Part shown: piece after piece, positions 18,072-29,315 of the stretch
Numbering within the stretch: position 1 is the first letter of the stretch
Layout of the letters: each line of letters opens with the position of its first letter
Source: Alphaproteobacteria bacterium
Lineage (GTDB): Bacteria > Pseudomonadota > Alphaproteobacteria > UBA8366 > Aestuariispiraceae
Assembly (NCBI GenBank): GCA_036677425.1
Contig: JARFVT010000012.1
Coordinates: forward strand, 20,583-84,582
DNA: 64,000 nucleotides
Direction of reading: 5' to 3'
Translations under genes and position numbers: made by a program
Notes under the pieces: generated by a model
Seen by the model: the letters and a program-made list of their open reading frames with translations, nothing else
The model's database searches: none
What the model was told of the DNA's origin: nothing

Positions 18072-19153
18072 GTTGTTAGCCCCCTAATCATCGATGCGGC
18101 TTCTAGTGGTTGGAAACCATAATGTTTTAACCATCTGATATCGCCATCAAAGAAAGTTCGTAAATCAGGAATGCCATATTTTAACATGGCAATACGTTCA
18201 ATTCCCATGCCAAAAGCAAAACCTTGATATTCATCGGGGTCAATATTACAAGCCCGCAACACATTGGGATGAACCATGCCACAACCCAATATTTCCAACC
18301 ACTCATCGCCTGCGCCAATGGTTAATTTACCGTCTTTTCGGCTGCAACCAATATCGACTTCAGCGCTTGGTTCGGTAAAGGGAAAGAATGACGGCCTAAA
18401 TTGCAATGGCACATCATCAATTTCAAAATAAGCACGGACGAAATCCAATAAACAACCTTTTAAATGGGCAAAGTTAGTTTTTTTATCAATTACCAAACCC
18501 TCAACTTGTGAAAACATTGGCGTATGGGTTATATCGCTGTCAGATCTATATGTACGCCCCGGCGCAATGATACGTATGGGCGGCGTTTCATTTAACATCG
18601 TGCGTATTTGCACTGGCGATGTATGCGTGCGCAACACATGTTCCATATCTGGATTACCATCTTTATCTTTTAAATAAAATGTATCATGCATTTGCCTTGC
18701 GGGATGTTCTGGCGGGATATTTAATGCGGTAAAATTATGAAAATCATCTTCTATATCAGGGCCTTCAGCAACGGAAAAACCCATTTCACCAAATATGGCG
18801 ACAATTTCATCCCATGTTTGGCTGATAGGGTGTAAACGCCCAATTTCATTTGGCCTTGTTGGTAATGATATATCGATGCGTTCGGCCTCAAGCTGCGTTT
18901 CTAATGCCGCATCGCCAAGCATTTGGCGTTTATCATTCAATGCCTTATTAACATCATTTTTAATTTGATTTAACGCTTGGCCTGCGGCTTTGCGGTGGAC
19001 GGGATCTAATGCGCCTAAATTTTTCATTTGCGCCGTGATGCGACCTTTTTTGCCCAGCGCATCGATTCTAATTGCCTCAAGCGCGTCTAATGTGGCCGCT
19101 TGATCTATTTCGCCAAGCAATTGAAATTTTAACTTATCCAAATTATCGCTCAT
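18068..19153 (-). CDS. pheS: Phenylalanine--tRNA ligase alpha subunit
   Basis: 361 aa with class II motifs ([45 protein letters not shown]). Confidence 0.97.
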   Translation of the reverse strand: MSDNLDKLKFQLLGEIDQAATLDALEAIRIDALGKKGRITAQMKNLGALDPVHRKAAGQALNQIKNDVNKALNDKRQMLGDAALETQLEAERIDISLPTRPNEIGRLHPISQTWDEIVAIFGEMGFSVAEGPDIEDDFHNFTALNIPPEHPARQMHDTFYLKDKDGNPDMEHVLRTHTSPVQIRTMLNETPPIRIIAPGRTYRSDSDITHTPMFSQVEGLVIDKKTNFAHLKGCLLDFVRAYFEIDDVPLQFRPSFFPFTEPSAEVDIGCSRKDGKLTIGAGDEWLEILGCGMVHPNVLRACNIDPDEYQGFAFGMGIERIAMLKYGIPDLRTFFDGDIRWLKHYGFQPLEAASMIRGLTT

Positions 19154-19207
19154 GAGGGTATTTCCAATTTTAAATTTAATGATAAAACCAAGCCTTTAAA
19201 AACGAAT

Positions 19208-19232
19208 AAGACGGCGCATAATGCCCCGCCTT
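19208..19232 (-). terminator. Hairpin plus T-run between rplT and pheS (possible attenuator or terminator)
   Basis: The minus strand reads AAGGCGG-loop-CCGTCTT, a 7-bp stem with one G-U. It is followed by ATTCGTTTTTAAAGG. Confidence 0.35.
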
Positions 19233-19298
19233 ATCCAAAATCTTAAATCTTTTATCCTATGGATTTTTATCTAGTTGATTCATCCATTGGATTTAAAA

Positions 19299-19658
19299 TT
19301 ACTTCGCAAGTGCAGCCTTGGCCTGATCGACCAATGCGGCAAATGCGTCTGGTTCATGCACGGCAATATCTGCTAGAACCTTACGATCTAATTCTATACC
19401 AGCCTTTTTAAGGCCATTCATAAAGCGGGCATAATTAAGACCACATGCACGGCTGGCGGCATTTATACGTTGAATCCAAAGGGCGCGGAAATCGCGTTTC
19501 TTAACACGACGATCGCGGTAAGCATATTGCCCCGCACGTTCAACGGCCTGAATTGCGGCGCGGAAAGTATTTTTCCGACGATTACGATAGCCTTTGGCTA
19601 GTTTGATAACTTTTTTATGACGAGCATGGGTAGTTGTACCCCGTTTTACGCGTGCCAT
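19299..19658 (-). CDS. rplT: 50S ribosomal protein L20
   Basis: [30 protein letters not shown] is the canonical L20 N-terminus. Confidence 0.97.
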   Translation of the reverse strand: MARVKRGTTTHARHKKVIKLAKGYRNRRKNTFRAAIQAVERAGQYAYRDRRVKKRDFRALWIQRINAASRACGLNYARFMNGLKKAGIELDRKVLADIAVHEPDAFAALVDQAKAALAK

Positions 19659-19747
19659 TTTAATACTCCTTAATGATAGCGGTAATTATAATATTTGAAT
19701 TATAATGGTTTTAATTACAGTTTTTTAATTGCTAATTTAATTGTGAA

Positions 19748-19945
19748 TTAACCACGAAGAAAATTGCGTTTAACAACACGAGCATCAGCAGCGCACATGA
19801 TTTGACTGCCACGATTTTGGCGTTTCATCTGTTGTGGGCGTTTTGATGTGCCGTGGCGTAGGCCTGCGCTGTAAAAGCGCACTTTGCCAGTGGCTGTAAT
19901 TTTAAACCGCTTTTTGGCGGAGCTTTTAGTCTTGATCTTGGGCAT
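19748..19945 (-). CDS. rpmI: 50S ribosomal protein L35
   Basis: [22 protein letters not shown] is the canonical L35 start. The track ORF begins two codons earlier (ME-). Confidence 0.95.
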   Translation of the reverse strand: MPKIKTKSSAKKRFKITATGKVRFYSAGLRHGTSKRPQQMKRQNRGSQIMCAADARVVKRNFLRG

Positions 19946-20234
19946 TTCCATTTCCTTTCAACTGGAAGCTAATTTATTAAACTTATAAGGCATACCCTGA
20001 GGATTTCCCCGCCCGATAAATTTAGCGCGAATATCAAGGCAATAAATAATTTCCCTTGATAACGGCGGTTTATAGCCTTGGATATTATAAATAACAAGCA
20101 TTGAATCGTTATTTTGATGTAATAACTTGAATAATAATCAAACCATAGGCAATATATTTAATAATAGCCATATTAAATTATCGGCTAGATAAAATATATA
20201 ATAATTAAAAATAACATAAAAAAGAGCATATATT

Positions 20235-20498
20235 ATGGATAGATTACAAATCATTGCTAAAGACGCAACCAAGGAAATAAATAAAATTTTAATTTCACCA
20301 TTAACCCCAGAACAACAAAAAAAAGTTGAACGCATTATTGAACATACGGTGATTAAATCATTACTTGAAGGGCAACATCGCGCTGTTGATGCCGCAATTG
20401 CATGCCCAGAGGCCGACCAAGATATGGCGCATAAAATCGCCACGGCAATCCGGAAAAAGAATGATGCATTAATCGTTAATCTTTCAAGCTTGTGGTAA
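20235..20498 (+). CDS. Hypothetical small helical protein
   Basis: 87 aa with charged, coding-like composition. It is preferred over the antisense hydrophobic ORF 20138..20542. Confidence 0.5.
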   Translation: MDRLQIIAKDATKEINKILISPLTPEQQKKVERIIEHTVIKSLLEGQHRAVDAAIACPEADQDMAHKIATAIRKKNDALIVNLSSLW

Positions 20499-20535
20499 AG
20501 TATGAGTATATTGATATTAATGATTATATAAATTA

Positions 20536-21051
20536 ATGCCAAATATCAGCGATATAATCATTAATACCCCCATCTGGGTTTGGCCGCTTTTTGCCTTTTT
20601 AATATTCATCGGCTTTAGATGCGGCAAAATGCGTGTGGTGAAATTAAATTTTCTATATATTATGCCGAGCGTATATTTAGCACTTAGCCTGAAAAATATT
20701 ATCACGACCGAGGTAAATATTATAACGATTGCGGGCTGGTTAGGCGGAATATTAACCGCCACATATATTAGTTGGTATTTTCATCGCAATGTTATCATTA
20801 GCCCCGACCATAAAAATAAATTAATCCGTTTACCCGGCGAATGGATGACGTTAAGTTTAATAATTGTCTATTTTTCAATTCGTTATTATTATGGTTATAA
20901 AACCAGCATAACACCGGAAATAACCCAAGATATCCAATTTATGACCATATTTAATATTATTTTTGGAATGGCAACTGGTTTGTTTTTTGGTAGAGCCATC
21001 AGGTTTATTCAAAAATATGCCGCGACAGAATCTATTGATTTAAAATCATAA
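20536..21051 (+). CDS. Hypothetical multi-pass membrane protein
   Basis: 171 aa with about 5 hydrophobic segments. Confidence 0.65.
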   Translation: MPNISDIIINTPIWVWPLFAFLIFIGFRCGKMRVVKLNFLYIMPSVYLALSLKNIITTEVNIITIAGWLGGILTATYISWYFHRNVIISPDHKNKLIRLPGEWMTLSLIIVYFSIRYYYGYKTSITPEITQDIQFMTIFNIIFGMATGLFFGRAIRFIQKYAATESIDLKS

Positions 21052-21064
21052 TCTATAGCTTAAT

Positions 21065-21574
21065 TTATCGCTTAACTATGGCAGCAGTGGCTAGTTTATC
21101 GGCGCGTTCATTTTCCACATGCCCCGCATGGGCTTTGACCCAATGCCATTCAACCTTATGTGGCTTTATGGCAAGTTCCAACCTTTGCCAAAGATCGGCA
21201 TTTTTAACAGGTTTTTTATTGGCAGTCTTCCAACCATTTTTTTTCCAATTAAATATCCATTTGGTAATACCATCACGCAGATATTTGCTATCGGTTGTTA
21301 CATGAACGACCATTGGGCGTTTTAATTTTTCAAGGGCGATAATAGGCGCGGTAAGTTCCATCCGATTATTGGTGGTATCTTTTTCCCCGCCTGATAAATC
21401 TTTTTCAACCCCACGCCAACGCATAACCGCCCCCCACCCACCAGGGCCAGGGTTACCGCTGCATGCGCCATCGGTGAATATTTCGACCATATTTATTTTA
21501 TCATCTTCGACCATATTTATTTTATCATCTTCGACCATATTACTATTATTATCTGCATCGTTATTATCATCCAT
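21065..21574 (-). CDS. rnhA: Ribonuclease HI (start uncertain: ATGs at 21574, 21538, 21514, 21490)
   Basis: The core [19 protein letters not shown]...TNNRMEL...SKY...[18 protein letters not shown] is canonical RNase HI. The N-terminal extension consists of repeats. Confidence 0.9.
   Translation of the reverse strand: MDDNNDADNNSNMVEDDKINMVEDDKINMVEIFTDGACSGNPGPGGWGAVMRWRGVEKDLSGGEKDTTNNRMELTAPIIALEKLKRPMVVHVTTDSKYLRDGITKWIFNWKKNGWKTANKKPVKNADLWQRLELAIKPHKVEWHWVKAHAGHVENERADKLATAAIVKR
21482..21538. repeat. 24-bp tandem repeat (2 full units + 9 bp) covering the rnhA start region
   Basis: The minus-strand unit is ATGGTCGAAGATGATAAAATAAAT. TTCGACCAT recurs at 21482-21490, 21506-21514 and 21530-21538. 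It encodes [19 protein letters not shown]. Confidence 0.92.
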
Positions 21575-21582
21575 AATTTATT

Positions 21583-22542
21583 TCACAATCCATAATCTTT
21601 GGCTGATTTAACTTGGCTATGGAATTTTAAATAACTTAAATATTCCAACGGGTCTTTTGCTTTGCCTAATGAATCTTTTGGATGGTTCAACCAATCATAA
21701 AGCCTAGTCAATAGAAACCTTATGGCACTTCCTCTAGCAAAGATTGGGATAGCGGCAATTTCAGCATCAGATAACGGTCTGATTTTATTGTAATTTGCCA
21801 ATAATAATTTTGCCTTGGTGATGTTAAAACTGCGATCACGTTCAAAACACCATGCATTCATGCAAATAGCAATATCATAGGCAAAGTAATCATTACAGGC
21901 GAAATAAAAATCAATAATACCCGATAATTTTTTGCCAATAAAAAACACATTATCCTGAAACATATCGGCATGACAAATGCCTTGTGGTAAATTTGATGGC
22001 CAATTATTTTGTAAAAAATCAAGTTCAGTTTCAATTATTGCACCCAATCCCATTTGTATTTCATCGGCGCGACCATCGCAACTGTCATATAATATTTGCC
22101 AACTATCGAGGCTTAAATTATTTACCCGCAACATATTAAAGCCTTCGCCTGCCAGATGAAATTTTGCCAAACCTTCGCCCAGTTCTTGACAATGATATGG
22201 CTTGATAGTTCGCGGCGATATACCGTCAAGAAAGCTTATCAAGGCAGATGGCCTGCCACATAATTGTCGTAACGCCTTGCCATCATTGCCTTTAATCGGC
22301 AATGGACATTTTATGCCATTATCGGCTAAATATTGCATATAATTTAAAAAAAACGGTAGATCATCTTCATTAACGCGTTTTTCATAAATGGTTAGTATAT
22401 ATCTATCCTTGGTCGTGGTTAGCATATAATTGGTATTTTCAACGCCTTCGGCAATGCCTTTAATGGATATTATTTCGCCAATATCATATTGTTTGATAAA
22501 TGCGATTAATTCATCATCGCTAACCTTTGTATATACTGCCAT
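21583..22542 (-). CDS. thrB: Homoserine kinase, ThrB type II (APH/choline-kinase fold)
   Basis: MAVYTKVSDDELIAFIKQYDIGEIISIKGIAEGVENTNY... and CHADMFQDNVFF match this family. Confidence 0.9.
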   Translation of the reverse strand: MAVYTKVSDDELIAFIKQYDIGEIISIKGIAEGVENTNYMLTTTKDRYILTIYEKRVNEDDLPFFLNYMQYLADNGIKCPLPIKGNDGKALRQLCGRPSALISFLDGISPRTIKPYHCQELGEGLAKFHLAGEGFNMLRVNNLSLDSWQILYDSCDGRADEIQMGLGAIIETELDFLQNNWPSNLPQGICHADMFQDNVFFIGKKLSGIIDFYFACNDYFAYDIAICMNAWCFERDRSFNITKAKLLLANYNKIRPLSDAEIAAIPIFARGSAIRFLLTRLYDWLNHPKDSLGKAKDPLEYLSYLKFHSQVKSAKDYGL

Positions 22543-22577
22543 GATTTACCTTTATTTTAATATACTATATTTTAATA

Positions 22578-23543
22578 TTATGCTGTAAGGATGCGCGGTA
22601 ATTTAAATTCTATATCCTCAACCGCCGTTATAATAACATCAAGCGTCACATCAAAATGCTCACGGCAAGCCTCTATTACTTCTTCCACTAATATTTCAGG
22701 TGCCGATGCACCAGCAGAAACCCCCAAGACTTCGATATCATCCAACATCTGCCAATCTATATCGCTTGCTCGTTGAATTAAACAAGCTTTGGTAGTTTTA
22801 TTTTCACCTGCCACATCGACTAAACGTTTTGAATTAGATGAATTAGGCGCACCAATTATAAATATTAAATCTGTTTTCTCTGAAATAGCCTTTACTGCTT
22901 TTTGTCGATTAGTGGTGGCATAGCAAATATCTTCTTTTTTCGGGTTTTTTAATTTTGGAAATTTGGCTTTTAAGGCGGCTATAATATCTTTTGTCTCACT
23001 AAGCGAAAGGGTGGTTTGCGTAACATAGGACAAGTTTTTATTGCTATTAAAGTCAAGTTTTTCAACATCGGCAATGGTTTCAACTAAGCTTATTGCACCA
23101 TCCGGAATTTGACCCATTGTGCCGATAACTTCAGGATGGCCTTTATGGCCAATTAAAATCACATGATGGTTATTTTTATAATTATGTTCTGCTTCCCGAT
23201 GAACCTTTGATACCAATGGGCAAGTTGCATCAATATATTCCATATTCCGTTTATTTGCTTCGGTAAATATAACCTTTGCAACACCATGGGCAGAAAATAT
23301 AACGGGCCTATCATCTGGGCATTGATCCAATTCATCAACAAATATTGCACCTTTTTTGATCAGACTATCAACGACAAAGCGATTATGAACAATTTCATGG
23401 CGCACATATACGGGCGCACCAAATTTTTCCAAAGCGCGCTCAACAATTAAAATTGCCCGTTCAACACCAGCGCAAAAGCCTCTTGGCCCCGCCAGCAAAA
23501 TTTTTAATGGTTTTTTATTTTTAATTTTTTCATTTTTAATCAT
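22578..23543 (-). CDS. ispH: 4-hydroxy-3-methylbut-2-enyl diphosphate reductase
   Basis: [31 protein letters not shown] and the length fit IspH/LytB. Confidence 0.95.
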   Translation of the reverse strand: MIKNEKIKNKKPLKILLAGPRGFCAGVERAILIVERALEKFGAPVYVRHEIVHNRFVVDSLIKKGAIFVDELDQCPDDRPVIFSAHGVAKVIFTEANKRNMEYIDATCPLVSKVHREAEHNYKNNHHVILIGHKGHPEVIGTMGQIPDGAISLVETIADVEKLDFNSNKNLSYVTQTTLSLSETKDIIAALKAKFPKLKNPKKEDICYATTNRQKAVKAISEKTDLIFIIGAPNSSNSKRLVDVAGENKTTKACLIQRASDIDWQMLDDIEVLGVSAGASAPEILVEEVIEACREHFDVTLDVIITAVEDIEFKLPRILTA

Positions 23544-23720
23544 GGTTTTATTTCTAATAATTACTTACCCAGTTTCATTAAAATAGATATTTATTTGCCT
23601 ATTTCAATTAATATACACAAGGATAATATGCAAGGAACATAGATAAATTAAATATTTTGCGATGTTCAATGTAACAAGCTATGCTGTTAAACACTGAATT
23701 ATTATAATAGGTTTTATCAA

Positions 23721-24266
23721 ATGTTTAAAAATATAAATTTAATATACTACCCTGTTGCCTTAATCACATGGTTCATAACAATTTTAATGATTAGCGGTTG
23801 CGGTGCAACACCAGAACAAGCCGCCACATGTCCCATTGTAAAGCCATTAGAACAAGCAGCATATTTAACCAAGTTTAAGCCTGATACAGGTCAAGATATA
23901 ACCGATATAATATTTAACGCAAAATTTCACCGCATAGCAGGTGATTGCAATATTACTAGCGATGAAATTAATTTAAATATTATGGCAGAAATAATTGTTG
24001 AAAAAATAGCTGTGATGAATATTGAAAACACAAATGCTAATATGTTAGTTTTTATTATGAGCAGCGATAAAAAAATATTAAATCGCAAAAAAATACCATT
24101 GAATTTTGAATTTAACGATAACCAATCTAATATCAGATATATTGAAAGATTTGAGGTTAATATCCCAAAAAATGATAATCAAACTGGTGAAGATTTTATC
24201 ATATATTTGGCATTTGAATTAACCCATAAGGAGCTTAAATTCAATCGCGAGAATAATAACTTTTAA
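23721..24266 (+). CDS. Hypothetical lipoprotein
   Basis: Signal peptide with lipobox MISGC. Confidence 0.6.
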   Translation: MFKNINLIYYPVALITWFITILMISGCGATPEQAATCPIVKPLEQAAYLTKFKPDTGQDITDIIFNAKFHRIAGDCNITSDEINLNIMAEIIVEKIAVMNIENTNANMLVFIMSSDKKILNRKKIPLNFEFNDNQSNIRYIERFEVNIPKNDNQTGEDFIIYLAFELTHKELKFNRENNNF

Positions 24267-24339
24267 TATTATAATAATATTAAAGCGGTTGACTTATTTT
24301 TCATATAAGATAACAATTATAAAAATCGCCCATCAACAA

Positions 24340-24590
24340 CCTGTGGGAGAGTTTATCGAATTAATTATATAACTAGTTAATTTAGTATTTATATTACTAG
24401 TTTATTTTAATGTTTAATTGACGATAACGCCGAAGGAGCAACCACCCCTGGAATCTCTCAGGCAAATGGATCGCAGGTTTTGGGCAATCTGGAAAGTAAA
24501 TTATATAGTTTGCTATATAATTTCACCGACGGGGTAAGCTTGAATATTTATATTAAATATTCTGGTCACACTCTCAGGTTCCATGACAGA
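24340..24590 (+). promoter_or_regulatory. Tandem glycine riboswitch (two aptamers) in the gcvT leader
   Basis: Aptamer 1 (24340-24477): GGGAGAG (24345-51), CGCCGAAGGAGCAA (24428-41), CTCTCAGGCAAATGGA (24455-70), P1 CCTGTG/CGCAGG. Aptamer 2 (24489-24590): CTGGAAAG, CACCGACGGGGTAAGC (24524-39), CTCTCAGG...GACAG. Confidence 0.85.
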
Positions 24591-24675
24591 AGGGGTTTTA
24601 TTCTTTTATATGTTGATACAATAATATTGTATCAGCATAATGATGGAAAAACTCTTATGCTTGGAGGCTTGTGAA

Positions 24676-25809
24676 ATGACTAAAGATACAAATGATAATT
24701 TACAAAAAACACCATTATATGATTTACATGTGGAATTAGGCGGCAAAATGGTTGCATTTGCTGGTTATTCAATGCCAGTACAATACCCATTAGGAATATT
24801 GAAAGAACATCTTCAAACACGTGGAAAAGCAGGTCTTTTTGATGTATCACATATGGGCCAAGCTTGGCTTGTTGGTGATAATGTCATTACCGATTTGGAA
24901 ACATTAATTCCCGCCGATATAAAAGGCCTTAAATCAGGGCAACAACGCTATAGCCAGTTATTAAACGATGATGGCGGTATTTTAGACGATCTTATGATAA
25001 CAAAACCAGTCGATGAAAATATCACTGATCGATTATTGCTTGTTGTCAATGCCGCTTGTAAAGAAGAAGATTTCGCCCATATTAAAAATAAGCTTGGCGA
25101 TAAGATAACCATTGAACGGCTTGAAGATCGGGCATTATTGGCATTACAAGGCCCTGCCTCGCCAAAGGTTGCGGCAAAATTATTTGGCGATGCGGTTTTA
25201 ACACAACCATTCATGAGCCAAATAATAACATCATGCGATGGCATTGAATGTTGGGTTGCCCGTGCTGGCTATACTGGTGAAGATGGCTATGAAATATCCA
25301 TCACCAATAAAGATGCATTAACCATTGCTAAAAAAATATTAGCCGATAATGATGTCGAAGCCATCGGCCTTGGCGCACGCGATTCCTTGCGTCTTGAAAG
25401 TGCCTTATGTCTTTATGGCAACGATATTGACGTAACAACAACGCCGGTTGAAGCAACATTGATGTGGTCGGTTGCCAAATGTCGCCGCGAAGAGGGTGGC
25501 TTTCCAGGGCATGCAAAAATAATGCAACAATTAGCCGATAAACCAACAAGAAAAAGGGTCGGAATAATGCCAGAAGGTCGGGCACCAGCCCGCCAAGGCA
25601 CAATAATTGCTGATTTAGATGGCAATGAAATTGGCGTGATTACCAGTGGTGGTTTTGGCCCAAGCGTTGGTAAGCCTGTGGCTATGGGTTATGTTAAAAC
25701 CGAATTTGCCAAAACTGGCACTGTGATAAATTTATTATTGCGCGGCAAGAAAATACCCGCCAATATTGCCAAAATGCCTTTTGTTCCTGCGGGTTTTTAT
25801 CGCAGATAA
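24676..25809 (+). CDS. gcvT: Glycine cleavage system aminomethyltransferase T protein
   Basis: TPLYDLHVELGGKMVAFAGYSMPVQY... The start is placed at ATG 24676, 8 nt after GGAGG. The track ORF starts 12 codons earlier. Confidence 0.95.
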   Translation: MTKDTNDNLQKTPLYDLHVELGGKMVAFAGYSMPVQYPLGILKEHLQTRGKAGLFDVSHMGQAWLVGDNVITDLETLIPADIKGLKSGQQRYSQLLNDDGGILDDLMITKPVDENITDRLLLVVNAACKEEDFAHIKNKLGDKITIERLEDRALLALQGPASPKVAAKLFGDAVLTQPFMSQIITSCDGIECWVARAGYTGEDGYEISITNKDALTIAKKILADNDVEAIGLGARDSLRLESALCLYGNDIDVTTTPVEATLMWSVAKCRREEGGFPGHAKIMQQLADKPTRKRVGIMPEGRAPARQGTIIADLDGNEIGVITSGGFGPSVGKPVAMGYVKTEFAKTGTVINLLLRGKKIPANIAKMPFVPAGFYRR

Positions 25810-25877
25810 GCATGGAAGTTAAAAATTAAATATATCATAATAATAACAAATAATTAAACAAAAGATAAGGGAATAAA

Positions 25878-26258
25878 ATGAGCAAAATACTTTTTAGTGA
25901 AGAACATGAGTGGATTTTGATTGAAGGCGATATTGCAATAGTTGGCATTACTGATTTTGCCCAAAAAGCCCTTGGCGATGTAGTGTTTGTCGAATTACCC
26001 GAAGTTGGCGACACCATCGAACAAGGCGGCGATGTTGGCGTTGTTGAATCAGTCAAAGCGGCAAGTGAAATATATTCACCGCTTACTGGTGATATTATTG
26101 AAGTTAATGAAGAATTAGAGGCAACACCAAATATGATAAATGACGATGCCGAAGGTGCAGCATGGTTATTTAAAATTAAAATTGCCGTTGCAGGTGAGCT
26201 TGATGAATTAATGTCAGCCGATGAATATAAAGCATTTGCAACCACTGATGACGAATAA
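25878..26258 (+). CDS. gcvH: Glycine cleavage system H protein
   Basis: 126 aa with the lipoyl-lysine motif ESVKAASEIYSP. Confidence 0.97.
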   Translation: MSKILFSEEHEWILIEGDIAIVGITDFAQKALGDVVFVELPEVGDTIEQGGDVGVVESVKAASEIYSPLTGDIIEVNEELEATPNMINDDAEGAAWLFKIKIAVAGELDELMSADEYKAFATTDDE

Positions 26259-26286
26259 TATCCAATTATAAAGTTAGGATAACCCC

Positions 26287-29193
26287 ATGACCGATAAACG
26301 CGCTAGCCTAGGCCAATTAGAAAAAAGAAATGATTTTGTCCGCCGTCATATTGGCCCCGGACAAGAACAAATTAATAAGATGTTAGAATATGTCGATGTA
26401 AAGGATATTGATGATTTAATTGCAAAAACAATTCCAAAGTCTATTCTTAGCAAAGATCAATTAGACCTGCCGACGGTTCGAAGTGAACGCAGCGCCTTGT
26501 CTGATCTTCGTAAAATGGCCAGCCGTAATAAAGTATTTATTTCAATGATAGGCATGGGCTATCACGGTACAATAATGCCACCAGTTATTCAGCGTAATGT
26601 CTTAGAAGACCCCGGTTGGTATACGGCATATACCCCATATCAACCAGAGGTCAGCCAAGGCCGATTGGAAGCATTGTTAAATTATCAACAAATGGTGGTT
26701 GATTTAACGGGTATGGAACTTGCCAACGCATCAATGTTGGATGAAGCAACCGCCGCCGCCGAAGCAATGGCAATGGCGAGCCGTGTTTGTAAAAATAAAC
26801 GCGCTAATAGCTTTTTTGTCGATATTGATTGTCATCCACAAACATTGTCCGTGATTAAAACAAGGGCGCAATCACTTGGTTTTAAAATAATAACGGGTAA
26901 TCCATATAAAGATTATGACGGTAATGGCGATTTCTTTGGTATTTTCATTCAATATCCTGGTTCAAGCGGGCAAATAAACGATATCAGGCCCATATCAGAA
27001 ATTGCCCATGCGGCAAAGGCATTAGTTTGCGTTTCTGCCGATATAATGGCATTGGCATTATTAATACCCCCCGGTGAAATGGGTGCGGATATTGCCGTTG
27101 GCACGACCCAACGTTTTGGCGTTCCCATGGGTTATGGCGGCCCACATGCGGCATATTTTGCCACATTGGATAAACATAAACGCAATATGCCAGGGCGGAT
27201 AATTGGTGTTTCCGTTGATAATAAAGGCAAACCCGCGTTGCGTATGGCCTTGCAAACAAGGGAACAACATATAAGACGTGAAAAAGCCACCAGTAACATT
27301 TGTACGGCACAGGTTTTATTGGCTGTGTTGGCGGGTATGTATGCGGTCTATCATGGCCCCGATGGCATCAAGCGATTAGCCAGTAAAATTCATCGCATGA
27401 CCTTGATTTTAAGCGATGCCCTAAAGAAAATTGGTGTTGAAGTGGTAACCGATCAATTTTTTGATACCATCAGCGTTCATGTGCGCGGACAAGCCCAACG
27501 CATCGCCGCCAAGGCACGCGAACAACGTATTAATCTGCGCGTTATTAATGCCGATCATATTGGAATAACGTTTGACGAAACTACCAAACGCAAGGATATG
27601 ATGGCATTATTGGCAGTTTTCAAAACCAACGCCAGCGATATTATCGATATTGAAACCATTGATAATAGCGTAAATGATGTCATTTCTAAAAATATGCAAC
27701 GCCAATCAGAATATTTAACCCATCCAGTGTTTGAACTTTATCACGGTGAAACAGAAATGTTGCGCTATATCCGTTGGTTAGTCAAAAAAGATATTTCACT
27801 TGATCGTTCGATGATACCCCTTGGTTCTTGTACAATGAAGCTTAACGCCACATCGGAAATGATACCGGTAACATGGCGAGAATTTAGTGCAATGCACCCA
27901 TTTGCGCCATTGGATCAAGCCCAAGGCTATCAACAATTGTTAGAAGAATTCGAAGCAATGTTATGCGAGATAACGGGATATGATGCCATATCAATGCAGC
28001 CAAATGCTGGTAGCCAGGGTGAATATGCTGGCCTGCTTACCATTAAAAAATATCATCAAAGCCGTGGTGATACTAACCGCGACCTATGCCTTATTCCATC
28101 ATCGGCACATGGCACAAACCCTGCTAGTGCCGCAATGGCTGGTATGCGTGTTATTGTTACCAAATGCGATGCAAAAGGTAATGTTGATGTGGTGGATCTT
28201 CGCGAGAAAGCCTATGCAAATAAAGATTGCCTCGCCGCATTGATGGTTACTTATCCATCAACGCACGGCGTGTTCGAAGAAGCAATTTGTGAAATTTGCG
28301 ATATTATTCATGATAATGGTGGGCAAGTTTATATGGACGGCGCCAATCTTAATGCCATGGTTGGTTTGGTTAAGCCGGGTAAAATTGGCTCGGATGTTAG
28401 TCATTTAAACCTGCATAAAACCTTTTCCATACCACATGGTGGTGGTGGCCCCGGCATGGGTCCAATTGGCGTTAAATCACATTTAGCACCATTTTTATCT
28501 GACCATCCCGTAATCGATGGCGTTAACCCTGCGGCGGGTGATGATGGTACAATCGGTGCGGTTTCAGCTGCACCTTGGGGATCACCAAGTATTCTACCAA
28601 TCAGCTGGGCATATATTGCCATGATGGGTTCTGTTGGCCTAACCGATGCCACCAAGGTTGCGATTTTAAGTGCAAATTATATTGCCAAACGTTTGGAAGA
28701 ATATTATCCAATATTATATAAAGGCATAAATGGTTATGTGGCCCATGAATGTATCATTGATTTGCGTGATTTAACCGATCAAAGCGGCATTAGCGTCGAT
28801 GATGTTGCAAAGCGGTTAGTTGATTATGGGTTCCACGCCCCGACCATGTCTTTTCCTGTACCAGGAACATTCATGATCGAACCAACCGAAAGCGAAGCCA
28901 AGCGCGAGCTCGATCGTTTTTGTGATGCGATGATTAAAATTAAGACGGAAATAGATGATGTGATAACTGGCAAAGCAGATAAGCAAAATAACCTGCTTAA
29001 AAATGCCCCGCATACACATGATGCCTTGCTGGAAGAACAATGGTCATATCCATACAGCAAGCAATCAGCCTTCTTCCCATTAAAGTCATTGCGAGTCGAT
29101 AAATTTTGGCCACCTGTTGGCAGGGTTGATAATGTACATGGTGATAGAAATCTTATTTGCAGCTGTCCGCCCATGGAAAATTATATGGATTAA
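26287..29193 (+). CDS. gcvP: Glycine dehydrogenase (decarboxylating), single-chain P protein
   Basis: 968 aa with [20 protein letters not shown] and the PLP-lysine context [19 protein letters not shown]. Confidence 0.97.
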   Translation: MTDKRASLGQLEKRNDFVRRHIGPGQEQINKMLEYVDVKDIDDLIAKTIPKSILSKDQLDLPTVRSERSALSDLRKMASRNKVFISMIGMGYHGTIMPPVIQRNVLEDPGWYTAYTPYQPEVSQGRLEALLNYQQMVVDLTGMELANASMLDEATAAAEAMAMASRVCKNKRANSFFVDIDCHPQTLSVIKTRAQSLGFKIITGNPYKDYDGNGDFFGIFIQYPGSSGQINDIRPISEIAHAAKALVCVSADIMALALLIPPGEMGADIAVGTTQRFGVPMGYGGPHAAYFATLDKHKRNMPGRIIGVSVDNKGKPALRMALQTREQHIRREKATSNICTAQVLLAVLAGMYAVYHGPDGIKRLASKIHRMTLILSDALKKIGVEVVTDQFFDTISVHVRGQAQRIAAKAREQRINLRVINADHIGITFDETTKRKDMMALLAVFKTNASDIIDIETIDNSVNDVISKNMQRQSEYLTHPVFELYHGETEMLRYIRWLVKKDISLDRSMIPLGSCTMKLNATSEMIPVTWREFSAMHPFAPLDQAQGYQQLLEEFEAMLCEITGYDAISMQPNAGSQGEYAGLLTIKKYHQSRGDTNRDLCLIPSSAHGTNPASAAMAGMRVIVTKCDAKGNVDVVDLREKAYANKDCLAALMVTYPSTHGVFEEAICEICDIIHDNGGQVYMDGANLNAMVGLVKPGKIGSDVSHLNLHKTFSIPHGGGGPGMGPIGVKSHLAPFLSDHPVIDGVNPAAGDDGTIGAVSAAPWGSPSILPISWAYIAMMGSVGLTDATKVAILSANYIAKRLEEYYPILYKGINGYVAHECIIDLRDLTDQSGISVDDVAKRLVDYGFHAPTMSFPVPGTFMIEPTESEAKRELDRFCDAMIKIKTEIDDVITGKADKQNNLLKNAPHTHDALLEEQWSYPYSKQSAFFPLKSLRVDKFWPPVGRVDNVHGDRNLICSCPPMENYMD

Positions 29194-29242
29194 GACATAT
29201 GGGTTAAGCATATGAATTAGTTATATATTTTATAATAATATA

Positions 29243-29280
29243 TTTGGGCATTATAGCAAAAAACCACTATAATGCCCAAA
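29243..29280. terminator. Bidirectional hairpin terminator between convergent gcvP and the phage-like cluster
   Basis: TTTGGGCATTATAG-caaaaaacca-CTATAATGCCCAAA, a 14-bp perfect stem that includes its own A/T flanks. Confidence 0.65.
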
Positions 29281-29315
29281 TTTCAATTTAAATTTTACTT
29301 ATAGTTTATGATAAT

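Noticed and set aside
25835-26245. Many long antisense or overlapping ORFs appear in the track, for example 25835..26245, 33390..33845, 38214..38600, 41762..42259, 8744..9112, 9736..10137, 20138..20542, 28824..29174 and 55240..55494.
   Set aside because: Each lies opposite, or out of frame within, a gene with clear family motifs. They have skewed Ser/Pro/Ile/Ala-rich composition typical of shadow ORFs.
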